A DNA stretch of 64,000 nt from a virus. Below are positions 27,106-36,499 of this stretch, piece after piece. The first letter of the stretch is position 1. Each line of letters begins with the position of its first letter. The DNA lies in IMG/VR virus record IMGVR_UViG_3300031420_000498, one strand, 5' to 3'. A program made the position numbers and the translations under genes. The notes beneath the pieces are model-generated. The model saw only the letters and a program-made list of their open reading frames with translations, did not search any database and was not told where the DNA came from.

Positions 27106-27498
27106 ATGAACGCCACCGCGAACACCACCGCAACCGCTGAGACCATCACCTCCACCGACGGCATGATCGTCGCTCGCCCGCAGATCGGCCAGGGCGCCAC
27201 CCTCCACTACCCGCAGGACACCTACGGCTTCGTCGTCACCAAGGTCTCCGACTCCGGCAAGACCGTGACCCTGGCAGAGCTCATCAGCCCGAGCCTCGCC
27301 ACCGGCCACACGGTGGATCGCCACGACGGCCCCTTCCCGATCTGGGACCACACCTACACCGAAGACGAGCTCAAGTCCATGATCGACCCCCAGGGGAAGG
27401 TCACCACGATCCGCCTCAACAAGAAGGGCCGCTGGGCCAGCAAGGGCACGCCCTTCACCGTCGGCAAGGCGCGCTACTACCGCAACTACTCCTACTGA
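27106..27498 (+). CDS. hypothetical protein, leaderless (MNATANTTA)
   Basis: TACAAT -6 nt- ATG 27106. Confidence 0.75.
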   Translation: MNATANTTATAETITSTDGMIVARPQIGQGATLHYPQDTYGFVVTKVSDSGKTVTLAELISPSLATGHTVDRHDGPFPIWDHTYTEDELKSMIDPQGKVTTIRLNKKGRWASKGTPFTVGKARYYRNYSY

Positions 27499-27587
27499 TC
27501 CACCATCCGGGGAGGGTCGCCTTCGGGTGGCCCTCCCCTCCCTCTCTTTCCCCAGCTTTAGCGCATTCACGAATCTCAGGAGACTCC

Positions 27588-27875
27588 ATGACTCTCAATC
27601 GCTCAGAAAACGACGGCGGTCTCTACGGCACCGCTCCGGTGATCCTCGCCCGGGAGAAGAACGGTCAGGTCGACTTCCTCATCGGCTACGGCTCGCCCTG
27701 GGGTCCCATCACCATGAGCGAGTTCGAGGGGAGCCGCTTCGTAGAGAAGTCCAAGGGCCAGTGGGAAGAGCTCGGCTTCACCGTCACCGAGACCCCAGCC
27801 ATCGAAGAAGCCCGTAGGCTCAGCCGGGAGCGCCTCGCTGCCCAAATGAACCCCAAGCCCTTCCCCAAGGGCTAG
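27588..27875 (+). CDS. hypothetical protein
   Basis: AGGAG SD. Confidence 0.7.
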   Translation: MTLNRSENDGGLYGTAPVILAREKNGQVDFLIGYGSPWGPITMSEFEGSRFVEKSKGQWEELGFTVTETPAIEEARRLSRERLAAQMNPKPFPKG

Positions 27876-27890
27876 AACAGGAGAACCGCA

Positions 27891-28136
27891 ATGGCACAGG
27901 GAATTCCCAGCAGAGCAGAGGCCATCGCCTTTGCCCGAAGGGCTGGCGAGGAGATCGGCAAGATCCTCGAGGATGGCAAGGTCCACAAGATCAACGATGT
28001 GCTCAAGGAGGCTAGCGAGCGCTGCCACACTATCGCCGACGATCTGGCCTCGCCATTGAGCACCATGATCGCCAAGGGCAAGGTCGCTGCCGACATGGTT
28101 CGAGGCACTATCCGCAAGCCTGGCTCGAAGGACTGA
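27891..28136 (+). CDS. hypothetical protein
   Basis: AGGAG SD. Confidence 0.65.
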   Translation: MAQGIPSRAEAIAFARRAGEEIGKILEDGKVHKINDVLKEASERCHTIADDLASPLSTMIAKGKVAADMVRGTIRKPGSKD

Positions 28137-28142
28137 TCGCAG

Positions 28143-28544
28143 ATGGCCAGAATCTTCCGTCGATCCATCGCGGCAGCTGTCCTCAGCCTCGGCGCTGCCG
28201 TAGCGCTCACGGGCTGCATGGCTCAGGTTCCCGCGGACCAGCTCCCCAGCTACACGATCTACCAGAAGAAGGTAGGTGCCTTCGAGCAGCGCGCCTTTGG
28301 CTACATCGCCCCCTCGGGAAAGCACGAGGATCTCAAGTGCGAAAGGCCGGGCATGTTCGCTCGCTGGCACTGTGAGTCCAAGGACGGCGTGCTGAAGTTC
28401 GACTACACCACCCACAAGTCGAGCACCTATCTCAAGGATGTGACCGTGGATGGAGCCGAGCGAAAGATGACACAGGTGGACTCGCCTCAGGATGGCGTGC
28501 GAAAGACCTGGATCCCCGAGGACAGCCTCAAGGGTGACCAGTAG
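28143..28544 (+). CDS. putative lipoprotein
   Basis: MARIFRRSIAAAVLSLGAAVALTG-C lipobox. Confidence 0.75.
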   Translation: MARIFRRSIAAAVLSLGAAVALTGCMAQVPADQLPSYTIYQKKVGAFEQRAFGYIAPSGKHEDLKCERPGMFARWHCESKDGVLKFDYTTHKSSTYLKDVTVDGAERKMTQVDSPQDGVRKTWIPEDSLKGDQ

Positions 28545-28578
28545 GCTCTGGGCTGCCCTCTAAGGCACTTTCCCACAG

Positions 28579-28610
28579 CAACTATAGTTGTCGTCCGCAC
28601 ACTATAGTTG
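28579..28610. promoter_or_regulatory. tandem palindromic operator-like sites
   Basis: CAACTATAGTTG (28579-28590) and ACTATAGTTG (28601-28610), 20-bp period. Confidence 0.5.
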
Positions 28611-28690
28611 CAGGCGCAGACTGTCGCAGGACGCAGTTTGAATTGGGCTACCTCGCGATAGTACCCCACACCTAGCGGATGGAGAGCTAA

Positions 28691-28981
28691 ATGGCCCCGA
28701 GAGATTCAGACAGCTTCAAGCCCGAAGATGAGAACATCCTCATCCCATTTTGGCTTGTCCAAGAGGCCCTGGAGGAAGCCAACTTCGGCTCTGACTTCGG
28801 CGAGACTACGACGGCAGACGAGCGCCTTCAGGAGGCACTAGGGTTGATCGAGGCAAGGGCCGATCACTACATGGAGATCAGCCGGGAGAGCAGAGTTGAT
28901 CGCACGAGGCGGCTCGCCGATGAGCTTCGCTGGCAGGCACAGCGCAACATCGAGAGGCTCCGGAGAGGCAAGCGGGGCTGA
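28691..28981 (+). CDS. hypothetical protein
   Basis: GGAG SD. Confidence 0.6.
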   Translation: MAPRDSDSFKPEDENILIPFWLVQEALEEANFGSDFGETTTADERLQEALGLIEARADHYMEISRESRVDRTRRLADELRWQAQRNIERLRRGKRG

Positions 28982-29042
28982 CTTCAGATTGATTTCAAAC
29001 TGAGGGTTGTGCACTCCGTAGGGCGCGGATTACAATGGACCT

Positions 29043-29408
29043 ATGAACGCCACCACAAACACCACCGCCGCCCAGATCCACCGCCTCGAAGTTGGCACTC
29101 GCCTCGGAGTTCGCATGAAGAGCTACAGAGGAGGCCTCACCCTCCCCCACCACTTCACCCTCGGATCGGTCGCCGAGTACGCCGCTCGCTACAACGAGGA
29201 CCAGGAAGCAGCTGTGGAGCGTGCCCGCAAGAACGGCCATGACCTCTACTACGCCATCAGCGAAGGCGTGATGATCAGCGCTCACCCCCAGGAAGTCGTC
29301 GAGCGTGTCGAGGTCGCCCTGGGTGACATCATCGAGATGGACGGTCAGCAGTTCACCGTCATCCAGACCCCTAACCAGAACCTCGGGCTGGTGCCGGCAG
29401 GCGCCTGA
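29043..29408 (+). CDS. hypothetical protein, leaderless (MNATTNTTA)
   Basis: TACAAT -6 nt- ATG 29043. Confidence 0.75.
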   Translation: MNATTNTTAAQIHRLEVGTRLGVRMKSYRGGLTLPHHFTLGSVAEYAARYNEDQEAAVERARKNGHDLYYAISEGVMISAHPQEVVERVEVALGDIIEMDGQQFTVIQTPNQNLGLVPAGA

Positions 29409-29498
29409 CAGGAACCTCCAGTCGCCCGCTTGTCTCCGAAAGGGGCTGGCGGGCGGCTTTCTGTTATCTTAAGCTTCCTACAAGCTGATAGCTCTTCC

Positions 29499-29960
29499 AT
29501 GACGAAATCGAATCTCAATCCCAGTGTTCTCAAGATCAGCCTCATCGTGGCTGGCATCTCACTGGGAGTTCTTCTACTCGCGCCGCTAGCAGTGGTTGTT
29601 GGAGCGGCCTTCTCATCGGACGGTATGGCAGGCTCAGGATCCTACGCGCTTACCACTCTCCTCTACTCGCTGGTTGCCGACCTGGGCTTCCTACTCCTCT
29701 GTGGCGTACCCCCGCTTCTCCGCCGCTGGGTCGCCGGTGAAAGCTACGAGGATGAAGAGATTCACAGATTCGTAGGAGCTTCATTGATCTACGGATTCTT
29801 CCGAGTGGTGATTCTCTTCCAGCTGTTCAGTGGCAAGATCGGCAGCTTTGACCATAGTGCCTTCATGGAGAAGGGCTTGGTGTTCTTACTTGTTCTAGCA
29901 GGTTTAGGTGTCTTCATGCGCTACTGCATCTCCATCGGAGATTGGTTCAGGACTGCATGA
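29499..29960 (+). CDS. membrane protein (about 4 TM)
   Basis: Four hydrophobic segments. Confidence 0.65.
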   Translation: MTKSNLNPSVLKISLIVAGISLGVLLLAPLAVVVGAAFSSDGMAGSGSYALTTLLYSLVADLGFLLLCGVPPLLRRWVAGESYEDEEIHRFVGASLIYGFFRVVILFQLFSGKIGSFDHSAFMEKGLVFLLVLAGLGVFMRYCISIGDWFRTA

Positions 29961-30050
29961 CAAAACATCGCGGTATCGTCTCCCCGATGATAGGATCGAT
30001 CTGAGTCCAGCTTCAAGCAGGATTCCCTAACCGGCAGGTCAGCCGGCCGA

Positions 30051-31019
30051 TTGAAGGAGCCACCCGTGGCAGAAGACAGCATCGAACTCGAGCGCGTCCG
30101 CGTCCGCTACGACCGCCGGGATGGAGCCTTCAGGCTCACTTCCTCTGACTCCAGGCTCAAGGGTAGGTCATTCCGGCTCACTCTCTCCAAGGGTAGTGAC
30201 GCAGTAGACAGCCTCATGGATGTCTTCGAGGAAGAAGGCATCCTCAGCGCCGAGGATCGCATTCCTACCGTGGTCCAGCTCCGAGAGCTCGCCGGGCTCA
30301 GCCAGGAAGTTGACGAGTACAGTCTCACGGGTCAGGAGCGACCCTTCCAGGACAGTCGACTTGTCTTTTCGGTGGGCCAGCACATGGGTGGAGCTGCCAT
30401 GAGCGTGGACCTCAGCTACTCACCTCACACGCTCATCACCGGCAAGCCTGGTACCGGAAAAACTCAGACGCTCCGCATCTTTCTCAAGCGAGCCCGGGAA
30501 CTTGCGCTGGCCAACAAGGCGAGCCTTCTCATCTTGAACTCATCCCAGAGCGATGGGAGCAAGTATGCCACGCTCGCAAAGCTCACCGGCATCCTGAAGG
30601 CTCGCATTGAGATACTGCAGCAGACAGGTGCCCGGGACTCGAGGGACTATGAGGCTCGAGTGGGGACCATGGCGCCTCTCTTCGTCTTTGTGGATGGACT
30701 GGATCGGGTGAAGCGCAGCGACTGGCTGCCCGAGCTTCTGAGCTTCGGCGAGACGGTGGGCATCTACCTCTTCGCCACTGTGAACTCAGTCATGGACATT
30801 CCCCGCTTCGCCGACGACTATACGCTCCTCAACATCGGCAGACGCATCGAGATGGGACTTCCATCTGTTGGATCTCCTGGTAGCACTCTCAGCAAGCGCC
30901 TCTTCGACAGCCTCGGCCGGGGCACCATCGGCACCAATGGCTTCCCCGCAGAGCTTGTTCAATTCGCCGATCTGAGCGGGGATAAGGATGGCAGAGCCCT
31001 CGAAAGGATGCTCCCATGA
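30051..31019 (+). CDS. FtsK/SpoIIIE-like P-loop ATPase, short and divergent
   Basis: SPHTLITGKPGTGKT Walker A; LFVFVDG Walker B; GIYLFAT; start could be GTG 30066. Confidence 0.65.
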   Translation: MKEPPVAEDSIELERVRVRYDRRDGAFRLTSSDSRLKGRSFRLTLSKGSDAVDSLMDVFEEEGILSAEDRIPTVVQLRELAGLSQEVDEYSLTGQERPFQDSRLVFSVGQHMGGAAMSVDLSYSPHTLITGKPGTGKTQTLRIFLKRARELALANKASLLILNSSQSDGSKYATLAKLTGILKARIEILQQTGARDSRDYEARVGTMAPLFVFVDGLDRVKRSDWLPELLSFGETVGIYLFATVNSVMDIPRFADDYTLLNIGRRIEMGLPSVGSPGSTLSKRLFDSLGRGTIGTNGFPAELVQFADLSGDKDGRALERMLP

Positions 31020-31699
31020 GTGCGACTCATAGCCTGCCTCGCTCCAAGGATGATGAGCCCTTCGACTGGTCTGTCTTTCTCTGGAGCAAGCACAACAGGG
31101 CAGGTACTCGAGGCGTGGTCTTCGCACCCCATCCTCAGCTCGTGCTCCTCGACCGAGAGGGTATCAGCTTCGTAGCTAGTTCAGGACTCCTCATCGTCTT
31201 GACGCTGATGGCGATGTCCATTGCCTTTCTCTCACCCTTCCGTGATCTACTGGTGGACGGTGGGCTGATCTCCTACTCAGAGTCTCCTCTCGACGGAGGG
31301 TCTGGTTGGCTCCTAGGCTGGAGCTTTGGGCTGGCTGTGCTGCTATCGGGACTCATCCACGAGAGTGGTCACTGGATAGCCTACAAGCTCACAGGTCGCA
31401 GGCTCGTGGTGTTCACCCTTGCTGCTCGCATGTCGGTCACAGCGGATCGTGGGCCATCCAACAGCTACCAGAGGCTCCTGATTTCAGCTGCTGGCGGGAC
31501 TCTAGAAGCCCTCGTCGGAGGCTGTCTTCTCCTAACTCAGGGAGGCTTCGGCTGGAACGGGTTACAGCTCATCGCTGCGGCTTTGATCTTCAACGGGCTA
31601 GCCAATGTGTTCCTTCCGACTCGAAGCGAATCAGATGGCTGGCGAGTCTGGAGCTCGCTCTTCGCCATCCTCATCGGTCGAGGCGGCAGAAGCCTGTAG
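31016..31699 (+). CDS. M50-family (site-2) intramembrane metallopeptidase
   Basis: LIHESGH in a TM helix, ISAAGG, N..P...DG motif; ATGA overlap with upstream gene. Confidence 0.75.
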   Translation: MSATHSLPRSKDDEPFDWSVFLWSKHNRAGTRGVVFAPHPQLVLLDREGISFVASSGLLIVLTLMAMSIAFLSPFRDLLVDGGLISYSESPLDGGSGWLLGWSFGLAVLLSGLIHESGHWIAYKLTGRRLVVFTLAARMSVTADRGPSNSYQRLLISAAGGTLEALVGGCLLLTQGGFGWNGLQLIAAALIFNGLANVFLPTRSESDGWRVWSSLFAILIGRGGRSL

Positions 31700-31891
31700 C
31701 GCCAGGCGCCTTCCTAAGCCCTCGGGGATCATTGACCGCACACACGCCGACCTTCGGTGACTTCCTCACTCCTAGGGACGGTTGCTCGCCACTGAGATTT
31801 ACTCGGGACGAGCTTCCGAAAAGGTTTCTCAGGCTCTGGGCACGATAGGATCACAGACAGAGCAGACGCTCGCAGACTGGAGGAAAGGGCC

Positions 31892-32200
31892 ATGGCTCAA
31901 AAGCCGGAAGTGGATAGTGAGCTCGACGGCTACCGTAGGATGGCCGGAGAGGTCTATAGGATCCTTCAGCGCAATCGACCGGAACAGAAGCCCCATCGGT
32001 ACAGCGATGAGTCCAGGCGGCTTGCTCAACAGCTCGCTGAGAAGATTCAGCTCAGGCTCGAACGAGACGGTCGCACGCTGACTCGAGACCCCGAGAGCGG
32101 GCGCTACACCATCGTAGATCTTCCTCCAGCTGCACCACAGGTAGTCAAGGCGCAGCCGACCGAGCGGCGCTCTCTCTGGAATAAACTTCTTGGTCGATAA
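31892..32200 (+). CDS. hypothetical protein
   Basis: GGAGG SD. Confidence 0.6.
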   Translation: MAQKPEVDSELDGYRRMAGEVYRILQRNRPEQKPHRYSDESRRLAQQLAEKIQLRLERDGRTLTRDPESGRYTIVDLPPAAPQVVKAQPTERRSLWNKLLGR

Positions 32201-32228
32201 GGACTACTGATCCTAGAGGAGGACAGCC

Positions 32229-32825
32229 ATGAGCGAAGGCACTCGGAAGATCTTCGAAGCGATGGAAGAGGGAGGCGCACTCACTACGCCCGGCCACTCG
32301 ATTGCAACGGCGGCCGTGGGCTGGGGTGAACCGCAGACTCTCTTCGCAGATTGCTCTTGCGGAGAGGAAGCGATCCCGGTAGAGGAGGACTTCGGCGCCG
32401 AAGGACCTGCTCTCATCCCCACCCTCATTCCCTTCGTGGAGAAGTACGGCAGAGACGCCCTAAACCACGGAAGTCGAGTCTTCGGTGACTGGGAAACTCT
32501 GGCTCGACAGTGTGTAGCTCACATGGAGGCTACGGGCGGTAGTCTCGAGGCTAGAATCACCGATGCCCGAGAAAGACTCGACAGTGCTCAGGAACTGCTT
32601 CAGGCTCAGCTCGCCGGCGACTTTGGCACAGGTGCCCAGGGTCATCCGGTGCTTTCTGCAGCAGCCCTGACTGCAGCTGCTAGGGACATCGAAGCGCTAA
32701 CCCTCGCCATCGATCTCACTGAACGAGTGGAGCTCCCCGAGATAGTGCCCGTGACCCCAGAAAGTGAAGCGGCCTATCAGGCAGCTCTGAAGGCTCAGTA
32801 CCCTGAGATGAAGGGCCCTTACTGA
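32229..32825 (+). CDS. hypothetical protein
   Basis: GAGGAGG SD. Confidence 0.65.
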   Translation: MSEGTRKIFEAMEEGGALTTPGHSIATAAVGWGEPQTLFADCSCGEEAIPVEEDFGAEGPALIPTLIPFVEKYGRDALNHGSRVFGDWETLARQCVAHMEATGGSLEARITDARERLDSAQELLQAQLAGDFGTGAQGHPVLSAAALTAAARDIEALTLAIDLTERVELPEIVPVTPESEAAYQAALKAQYPEMKGPY

Positions 32826-32833
32826 GCTCGCTG

Positions 32834-32869
32834 TTGACAGCTGCGCTCAGAGTGACATAGGATGACCCT
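32834..32869 (+). promoter_or_regulatory. sigmaA-type promoter of a leaderless gene
   Basis: TTGACA (32834) -18 nt- TAGGAT (32858) -6 nt- ATG 32870. Confidence 0.8.
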
Positions 32870-33619
32870 ATGCTGAACACCACCGTAGAGCTCAACGACT
32901 TCACCGCTGCCCGGGTCATCGAGGACTCCACCGCAGAGGATCCCCGCATCACCAACCTCGAGGGTGACGCCGCGGAGGGCATCTTCATCCTCGACATCGG
33001 TGGTGACCTCGCCAACGCCAAGGTCATCGAGCCCGGCTGGTTCAAGACCTTCCAGGAGATCAGCCACCGGCACAGCGCTCGCAAGGCCGTCCGGGCCATG
33101 AACATCCTCCGAGGGCTCGGCGCCGACATCCCTGCTTCCATCGATCTTCGGCTCTACCAGGGCCACGCCCAGAGCGACTGGGCAGATCTCGTGATCTCAG
33201 GGCCCACCGCTGAGGTCGCACAGGGTGCCTACGAGACCTTCGCTGCCTGGGCCCGAGGCGATGTCTACGGCATCCTCATCGAGCGCAAGTGCCCGGTCAC
33301 CGGGGACTGGTTCAGCTCCGAGGATGACCTCCCACTCTTTGGTATCTACTGCACCAAGGACCTGGAGTTCTACGAGGAGGTTCGCGCTGTGGCTGCTGAG
33401 CACTTCGATCTCGAGGCCCGGCCGATCTCCGAGGCTGGTAGGCTCGACCAGGAGCGAGACACGGCCAAGGACTCCATCCGCGAGCTCCTGGGCTACTTCA
33501 AGACCCTGGAGGACCAGGACGGCGGCAGCAGCGAACTCAGCAACGCCGCCCGGGAGATCATCATCGCTCAGGCCAAGCTCATCAGCTCCCTGGAGGATGA
33601 GCTCGCAGAGCTCCGCTGA
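32870..33619 (+). CDS. hypothetical protein, leaderless
   Basis: Strong codon bias; promoter. Confidence 0.75.
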   Translation: MLNTTVELNDFTAARVIEDSTAEDPRITNLEGDAAEGIFILDIGGDLANAKVIEPGWFKTFQEISHRHSARKAVRAMNILRGLGADIPASIDLRLYQGHAQSDWADLVISGPTAEVAQGAYETFAAWARGDVYGILIERKCPVTGDWFSSEDDLPLFGIYCTKDLEFYEEVRAVAAEHFDLEARPISEAGRLDQERDTAKDSIRELLGYFKTLEDQDGGSSELSNAAREIIIAQAKLISSLEDELAELR

Positions 33620-33673
33620 GCTGACCTTTGGCCTCCGCCACAATCTTCCTACAGCTTCGAGAAGGAGTACCCC

Positions 33674-34360
33674 TTGGACTACACAGAAATTGCTATCCCC
33701 GCGGGCTGGGATGGGCTCACTGAGCTCCCTGCTGAGCCGAAGCTCCGAGAGCTTCGTTTCACGGATCACAATCCAAAGGAGTGGCGCTTCAGCCGCCCGA
33801 TGGGCTCAGAGATCTTCTTCACGGTGAACATCAAGAAGGAGGGGATCGACGGAGGCAACGGTCGTCTGCTGCACGCCTACAAGGAGCTCATCATCGATGA
33901 GGACTTCGGCCAGCCAACGCCTCTGGGTGGAATGAACCCCGAGTTCCGGGCTAGCGTCCTCGCTAGAGTCTCCGGAGCACTCAAGGAGCTGCGCCAGGCG
34001 GGAATCTCCGTCACGGTCAACCCCGGCCAGTACTACTGGGAAGACTGGGATGGAGGGCTCCTCGCCGGAGCCGAGGGTGAGCTCGATCTCGTCGATCTCC
34101 AGGGCATCCGGAAGCACTCGGAAGAGTTCGAAGATGAGGAACCAGCAGAGCAGGAGAGCGGAGTTCTTCAGCTGAGCAACAGCGAGGCCGTAGCGCCCAT
34201 CGGCATCACGGCTCAGGAGCTCAAGCAGATCGCCGATCTCATCGACTCGGAGATCGAGAACCTGAGCTGGGACTCCCTTGCCCACAGCATGACGGCAGGT
34301 GAGTATGTGGCTCCCACGGTGATCCGAGCCTACCTGAAGCTCATCGGTGAGAAGAAGTAG
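33674..34360 (+). CDS. hypothetical protein (TTG start)
   Basis: AAGGAG SD. Confidence 0.7.
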   Translation: MDYTEIAIPAGWDGLTELPAEPKLRELRFTDHNPKEWRFSRPMGSEIFFTVNIKKEGIDGGNGRLLHAYKELIIDEDFGQPTPLGGMNPEFRASVLARVSGALKELRQAGISVTVNPGQYYWEDWDGGLLAGAEGELDLVDLQGIRKHSEEFEDEEPAEQESGVLQLSNSEAVAPIGITAQELKQIADLIDSEIENLSWDSLAHSMTAGEYVAPTVIRAYLKLIGEKK

Positions 34361-34415
34361 CCGTCGATAGGTTAGGTACCGGATCACGGACCTACGCCTA
34401 GAGAAGGAACTCACC

Positions 34416-34760
34416 ATGCCAGATCTGCAGCACTACGGCCTCATCCTCACCGATCCCCTCGGCGAGGATATCTACGCCTACAGCTTCACCGACGAGGAGC
34501 TCTGGCTCTGGGTAGATGAGCATGTGAGCTTCGAGGATGGAGAGCCCAGTAGGCGCATCGCTATTCCCGGACTTGATCGAACCATCTCAGTGACGGCTGG
34601 CTCCTGGTACAACGACAAGCTCCTAGCGCTGACTTCAGCCGATCGTGGCCATCCTCACCCCAATCTCAACGAGGTCGAGGGTTACGACTACGACACAGTC
34701 TTCAGTAAGCTCCTCAACCTCGCAGGCCGCGATTACATCCTCGAGGGCCTGATCTACTAG
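34416..34760 (+). CDS. hypothetical protein
   Basis: GAAGGA SD. Confidence 0.7.
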   Translation: MPDLQHYGLILTDPLGEDIYAYSFTDEELWLWVDEHVSFEDGEPSRRIAIPGLDRTISVTAGSWYNDKLLALTSADRGHPHPNLNEVEGYDYDTVFSKLLNLAGRDYILEGLIY

Positions 34761-34817
34761 ACCTACTCAGGCGCTTAATGCGTCCAACCGACCGAACCCG
34801 AACGCAGGAGAAATCCC

Positions 34818-35129
34818 ATGAAGCTCTCAGAGGCACAGGCCGACTACCGGCCCAAGAGCTCCGCTTCCAAGCCCAATGACAACCGGCGGCTCAAGAGCTA
34901 CCTCAAGGGACAGCTCCGCAACGAGGCGGAGCGCACCCTCGGCGAACCCTGGCAGGAGATCGTCGAGAACTACCGGGATGAGTTCCTCTTCGAGGGTGCT
35001 CCGGTGGATGGCACGGCTACTCTTGTGCTCCGAGTTCGCACGGGCTGCACTGGCTTCGGTGGCAACCGGCGACCCCGCTCCGACCTCTGGCTGAAGCATG
35101 CCCAGAGCGAGCTCTTCGAGAAGAACTGA
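34818..35129 (+). CDS. hypothetical protein
   Basis: AGGAG SD. Confidence 0.7.
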   Translation: MKLSEAQADYRPKSSASKPNDNRRLKSYLKGQLRNEAERTLGEPWQEIVENYRDEFLFEGAPVDGTATLVLRVRTGCTGFGGNRRPRSDLWLKHAQSELFEKN

Positions 35130-35172
35130 CCTCGGCTACGAATCCACAGCAAGAGCAGAAAGACTACCCGCT

Positions 35173-36114
35173 ATGGTGTCCTACATCTTCCCAGCGAACC
35201 CTCTAGGAGGCCACTCCTGGACCGTGGACGACCACTTCTCCCTGGAGTGTGCAACCGTCGCGGGCTTCAATCCTGTCGCTCTCCTGGACAGCTACAGCCT
35301 CGGCGATCGGATACCCCGGCTCAAGCTCCCCGACGACTTCGACAACTCGGTGGTCTACCGGGGCTGGATGCTCACAGAGGCTGAGTACAGGAGACTTCAG
35401 GCTGTTGTGGAGTCCCGGGGCTTCGCCATGGCGACGAGCGCAGAGCACTACATGCGAGCCCATAGCATCCGAGGCTGGATCGACAGCTTCGAGGGACTCA
35501 CGGCTCCCACTGTGCTCATCCCCGCGAGCGCTGGCCGGGCTGACATCCTGGCTGCGGCTGCTTCGATCCCCTCTGACCATGGCTTCTTCCTCAAGGGTGA
35601 ATCCAAGTCAGAGCAGGGTCTCAGCTACGCCGCAGATGGGGAAGCGCTCTTCGACCTGATCCGAGAGTTCCTCGACTACTCAGCTACATCCGAGGACGGG
35701 ACGCTGGCACTTCGAAGCTTCCTTCCTCTGGATAGGCGAGTCGCCGAGATTCGGAGCTGGTGGATCGGCGGAGAGGTCGTGGTTCATCCCCTCCATCCCA
35801 ACTTCGAGGGCGGAGAGCTCATCAATCCGCTGAGGCTGAGCTCCGAGCTGCGACCCGGCCTTGAGGCATTCCTTAAGAAGCTCCAGCCTGGCATCAGAAG
35901 CCTGGAGAATCGTTTCCTCACGGCTGACATCGCGCTCACCGATGCTGGAGATTGGACGCTCATCGAGATCGGTGACGGTCAGGTGTCTGGGCTCAGCAGG
36001 AGCTATGAGGCTGAGGATTACCGCTACCTTTACAGGATCTTCAGCGAGGAGATCGAGGACAGCTTCCGGCCCGAGGATGAACGACTGGTCAACCTGATGA
36101 GAAGATCCAGCTGA
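35173..36114 (+). CDS. ATP-grasp domain protein (R2K/DUF4343-like)
   Basis: VYRGWML, FFLKGESKS, EIRSWW, FLTADIA..DWTLIEIGDGQVSGL. Confidence 0.75.
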   Translation: MVSYIFPANPLGGHSWTVDDHFSLECATVAGFNPVALLDSYSLGDRIPRLKLPDDFDNSVVYRGWMLTEAEYRRLQAVVESRGFAMATSAEHYMRAHSIRGWIDSFEGLTAPTVLIPASAGRADILAAAASIPSDHGFFLKGESKSEQGLSYAADGEALFDLIREFLDYSATSEDGTLALRSFLPLDRRVAEIRSWWIGGEVVVHPLHPNFEGGELINPLRLSSELRPGLEAFLKKLQPGIRSLENRFLTADIALTDAGDWTLIEIGDGQVSGLSRSYEAEDYRYLYRIFSEEIEDSFRPEDERLVNLMRRSS

Positions 36115-36121
36115 TCGGCAG

Positions 36122-36156
36122 TTGACAGGTCGTGGGTAGGCGATTAGCATTGAACC
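36122..36156 (+). promoter_or_regulatory. sigmaA-type promoter of a leaderless gene
   Basis: TTGACA (36122) -17 nt- TAGCAT (36145) -6 nt- ATG 36157. Confidence 0.8.
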
Positions 36157-36420
36157 ATGCCGAACAACATCACTGATTCTGCTCCCATCGTCGCGGACAT
36201 CGAGTTCGCTCTCACCGCTGTCAACGACCGGCTCGAGGACTTCTCACGGGAGATGCACAACCAGGGCTTCCCGGTGATCAGCGCCAACCTCGAACTTGGC
36301 GTTGTCCGCGTGGATGCCGGTTCTGACCCCGATGACTACAGTGTCCTCATGGCCGCTTCGGAGGCTGCGCAGTCCGTGGGTATCTCCGAGCAGGACCTTC
36401 TCTACGCCGAGATCGTCTGA
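36157..36420 (+). CDS. acidic hypothetical protein, leaderless
   Basis: Promoter; codon bias. Confidence 0.7.
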   Translation: MPNNITDSAPIVADIEFALTAVNDRLEDFSREMHNQGFPVISANLELGVVRVDAGSDPDDYSVLMAASEAAQSVGISEQDLLYAEIV

Positions 36421-36438
36421 TCCCACCCAACAACAGCC

Positions 36439-36481
36439 GAGGGGCTGCCGAACTGTATTTTCAGCAGTTCGGCAGCCCCTC
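36439..36481. terminator. 17-bp hairpin between convergent genes
   Basis: GAGGGGCTGCCGAACTG / CAGTTCGGCAGCCCCTC. Confidence 0.8.
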
Positions 36482-36499
36482 ACTCTGTGAGCTACAGGA

